From Zootoca vivipara (Eukaryota): a DNA stretch of 64,000 bases. The notes below the pieces were generated by a model. It had not been told where the DNA came from and ran no database searches. It saw only the letters and a list, made by a program, of their open reading frames with translations. This document shows, piece after piece, positions 60,831 through 64,000 of the stretch; positions within the stretch are counted from its first letter, which is position 1, and each line of letters opens with the position of its first letter. The stretch spans positions 84,010,001-84,074,000 of the forward strand of contig NC_083283.1 in NCBI RefSeq assembly GCF_963506605.1. The letters are read 5' to 3'. The translations under genes were made by a program, and so were the position numbers.

Positions 60831-62701
60831 AAAACTCAATGAAAGGAACTATAGACTCAAAAAGAGTAGAGTCGTCGAGCTTCCTGGATGAATCAGTTCC
60901 TGTGTCACATTGCGATGCTATCTTCAACCGTCTCCCAGGGGCAGAAGTGAGGGATGCCCTTAGGAATTCGAGGTTTTACTTTAGCATCATTTGGGAACGA
61001 GATGGGAGCAAAGAGATGTGGTCATTCAGGTTTTATAATTTATACTGCCTATTCCAATGCACACACATTAGCCTCTTACTGAAGACAGGGAGGGTGAGTT
61101 TGGCAGAAAGCTTGCGACTACGTAACAACAGCCCTACAGCGTAGGCCAATGTTTAATATTGGGACTAGGGGGTTCGAACTAAGGCTGAGGGCGGTTTGCC
61201 ACAACCCTGCAGTACACGTCACTGCCCTCCCCCGCGATCAAGTAAAACAATAGAAATACAGCACTTTACTAACTGACCAACCATGTAGGTTCTCCCCACC
61301 CCCAAAACAAAAATCCTGACTACGCCCATGAAGCAACGGAAGTTTTTTCCCCTTTTCCTTCTTGTGAACACTTGCCCTGTGGGAAGAAAGAATATATTGT
61401 GAGGGTAGTTTATGATAGCCCTGCTGTGAAGCCTACTGTTAATGCTACAAGTCAGATATTTTTAGGGCGGGAGAGGTGGTTTGAGAGGGGTTTGAGTTAC
61501 CGACAAAAGTTCCCCGAAGAAAGCACCCTACATACAGGTTGCAGCAAAGGCGTCAGTCTACTCATATTAATGCTTTGGGGGGGGGGGCACGTTGAAATAT
61601 CCACCCTATAGCAGCTCGTGGATCTGCACCAGCCTAAGCAAGACATTTTGAGAAAAATCATATACAAAGTCCAGTGTTCGCCATTAGGATATACACCTAG
61701 ACAGTATACATTTGAAAAGGGACCCCACCATATCTAACCACAGCAACTGCTGGTTTAGTGTGATTCTTACCAGCTGATTGGCCTGATCAACCAATTCATA
61801 GGATTGATTATCAGAATAATGTGTGTGTATCGAAGTGTTAATTATAAAAGTTGTACAGTATTTATCATAAGCTGAATAAAGCATCACAAAGGCATTTTGC
61901 GTCTGTCTTCTCTTGCATCTGTAAGAAAAAATACCAGTGGTCACTGGCTGCTGTATAAAATCCCTTTTTAGGACAATCAGGTACATCAACCATGACATGA
62001 TGAAAGCTGGAAAAATCAGTATACAGTACATTGGCTATTTGGTGATCAAGAACCTGATTGGCTAACAACCTCAGGCCAAATCCAGCAGCCAACTGCATGC
62101 AGAGCAGAAGCCTTGTGCTCCACTGCCTTGACCAGCCTTGACAGTAGGCAGAGAGAAGCAGCTGCCTCAGGAACAGATGCTGGGCAATGTACAGTTGTGA
62201 GGTCTCTGAGGGGGAGAGAACGGGGTGCCACATTGCCTGCCCAGTGTCCCCTGAGCAAGCTTGCTGCCTTCATGGGTGCTGACCAGTGTTGATGTGAAAT
62301 TTAGTAGCTGTGTCTACTAGGACAACATTTTCCCTTCAACTCAGGGAGCAAAATACCTTCTTGGAGAATGCAGATTAAATGGGTTTAAAAAAAAAAAAAC
62401 CACATTAATTTTTTTTAACACACGTGAAGACATAAGTGAGAAAGAACACAAACCACATCCTTGGTTGTTTCTTTTAGTTTCTTTGTGGTCATGCTAGCCT
62501 AAAATTAATTGATTTATGTGGACAGCTCACTTCCCCACCCCAGAGGATTAAAAAAAACTGTTGAAACTGGAAATTCAAGTCTGTCCGTCCGTCCCCTGCC
62601 CCATCTATGAAGGGAACATGACGGAACTGGTTGCCATCAAGAAAACAGAAAATGCATATTCATTATTTTGGCATTCCCTTCATGTTACTGAAATACATTT
62701 A

Positions 62702-62944
62702 CAGTCATACCTTGAGTTGTGTTTGCTTCACGTTGCGTTTTTTCAGGTTACGAACGCGGCAACCCCGGAAGTGTTTACTTCTGGGTTTGCCGCTTCGTGC
62801 ATGCACAGGAGCCATCTGCGCACTTTGCGCATGTGCAGGAGCACTCTATCGTGTCATACGCAGAAGCGGCGCCCTACTTACGGACTTTTCGGGGTGTGAA
62901 CGGCACCCCAGAACGGATCACGTCCATAAGTAGAGGTACCACTG
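62702..62944. mobile_element. Tc1/mariner (Tigger-like) MITE
   Basis: CAGTCATACCT...AGGTACCACTG with TA flanks. Confidence 0.75.
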
Positions 62945-63182
62945 TATTAACCTTTATGGGCCTTGGTAAAAACCAGTTCTAGTATTATTTACATAGATCC
63001 TCAAGAATTTGCATGAGTTTTATATACAAAGCATGCAAATTGGTAAAAATGCAAACAAAAATAAGCTTAAAAGCACTATCAGAACATTATCGGTACTGTA
63101 CCGCCAACATAAAAATTAGCACAGTAAAATCCAGTACATGGCAGCATTCAGGAAGATCCCTCCTCTTCAGGGAGGGGGGGCT

Positions 63183-63945
63183 TTGCGGGCGGGACCCGCT
63201 ATACGCACCGAGCAGGGGGGGTGTTCGGCTCCCTGCTCCACCTATACCTGCTGCCGCACTCAGGCCCCTGGCTGGCCAATAGGGCCAGCTCGTGGGTGGG
63301 GTTTACCTGCTTGAAAAGAACGCGGCAGCCTCCGGATCTCCCCTTCTGCTGCTGCCCCTCAACGGATCTCCCGCCCACCCTCCCTTTAGGTCTTGCCTTA
63401 GGGTGTTTGCTTTGACCTTGCTATGGACTTCGGTTGGTCGCCTTTGGTTGCCCAGGGGGCCTGGTAGGAGTTTTTTTATCCAATTGGCTAATTGGCACCG
63501 GCCTCTTGGTTTTTCCGCCTACCTCATAGCGATTCGTCACAACTTCTTCAGTATTTGGCAGTAGGCATTGGAATATGGAGTTGTCTGATGTGTTTGAGGA
63601 CTGGTTGTGGCCATCATCCAACCCTCCTCTTATAGGGGTATCCCCTTAAGGGATCCGGCGGTCATGGATCCCGTCCGACGCCCTGCTGGTGGCACGACCC
63701 CCGTAGACACCAGGGGGATCTTTCAGTTGTATTTGCATTAACAGACGCCTTTCCTTGGGGTGTTAACCTGATACGACCCCCCGCTGAGCGGGAAGGAGTC
63801 ATGCTTGCTAGAGAGTCCAATGCCTAAGCCAATACCTCTCACTTGCTCTAACCAATAAAGTTGTGGCTTTATTCTACCCATTAACTCAAATACCCTGTGT
63901 CATTGTGTCTTTATTTCTCGCAGGGGGCGGGTCCTGGAACCGCAA
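63183..63945 (+). mobile_element. Probable LTR (~760 bp) preceded by a polypurine tract
   Basis: Inverted ends TTGCGG...CCGCAA with subterminal GGACCCGC/GCGGGTCC; AGGGAGGGGGGG immediately upstream; CCAAT boxes; AATAAA at ~63854; CpG-rich. Confidence 0.55.
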
Positions 63946-64000
63946 TGCAACTTCCCTGTTTGCTTTTTATACCACATTAACCACATGCTGTCTGCTCTGA

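Noticed and set aside
61600-62300. ORFs beyond TMCO6 as CD14 (the syntenic neighbour in mammals)
   Set aside because: No leucine-rich repeats or signal peptide in any listed frame.

Overview
Vertebrate genomic DNA. The repeat content (Sauria SINE, Squam3-like SINE, BovB, Penelope, hAT and Tc1 MITEs) points to a squamate, probably a lacertid lizard (inference). The window holds the conserved block HARS1 (last coding exon) - DND1 (+) - WDR55 (-) - IK/RED (-) - NDUFA2 (+) - TMCO6 (-). Exon chains were reconstructed by hand with consistent phases, and IK has a U12-type AT-AC intron. The most interesting object is a very young, full-length 5.8-kb Tf1/sushi-type chromoviral Ty3/gypsy retrotransposon lying antisense in NDUFA2 intron 1. 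It has apparently identical 417-bp LTRs, a self-priming PBS, and a PEG10-type GGGAAAC -1 frameshift with pseudoknot. Its integrase carries a chromodomain lacking two aromatic-cage residues, followed by two tandem W-x-x-I-F...D-F-L-G-F motifs that resemble LEDGF-IBD/TFIIS-N-domain interacting motifs. This suggests an apparently undescribed host-tethering system for integration into transcribed genes (hypothesis). Other notable items are a 1.2-kb non-autonomous L1-type retroposon with a 19-bp TSD, Penelope pieces with hammerhead-ribozyme remnants and a fold-back palindrome, a chimeric BovB, and a TSD-like duplication of an IK splice donor. All homology calls are by eye and from memory; no database search was run.
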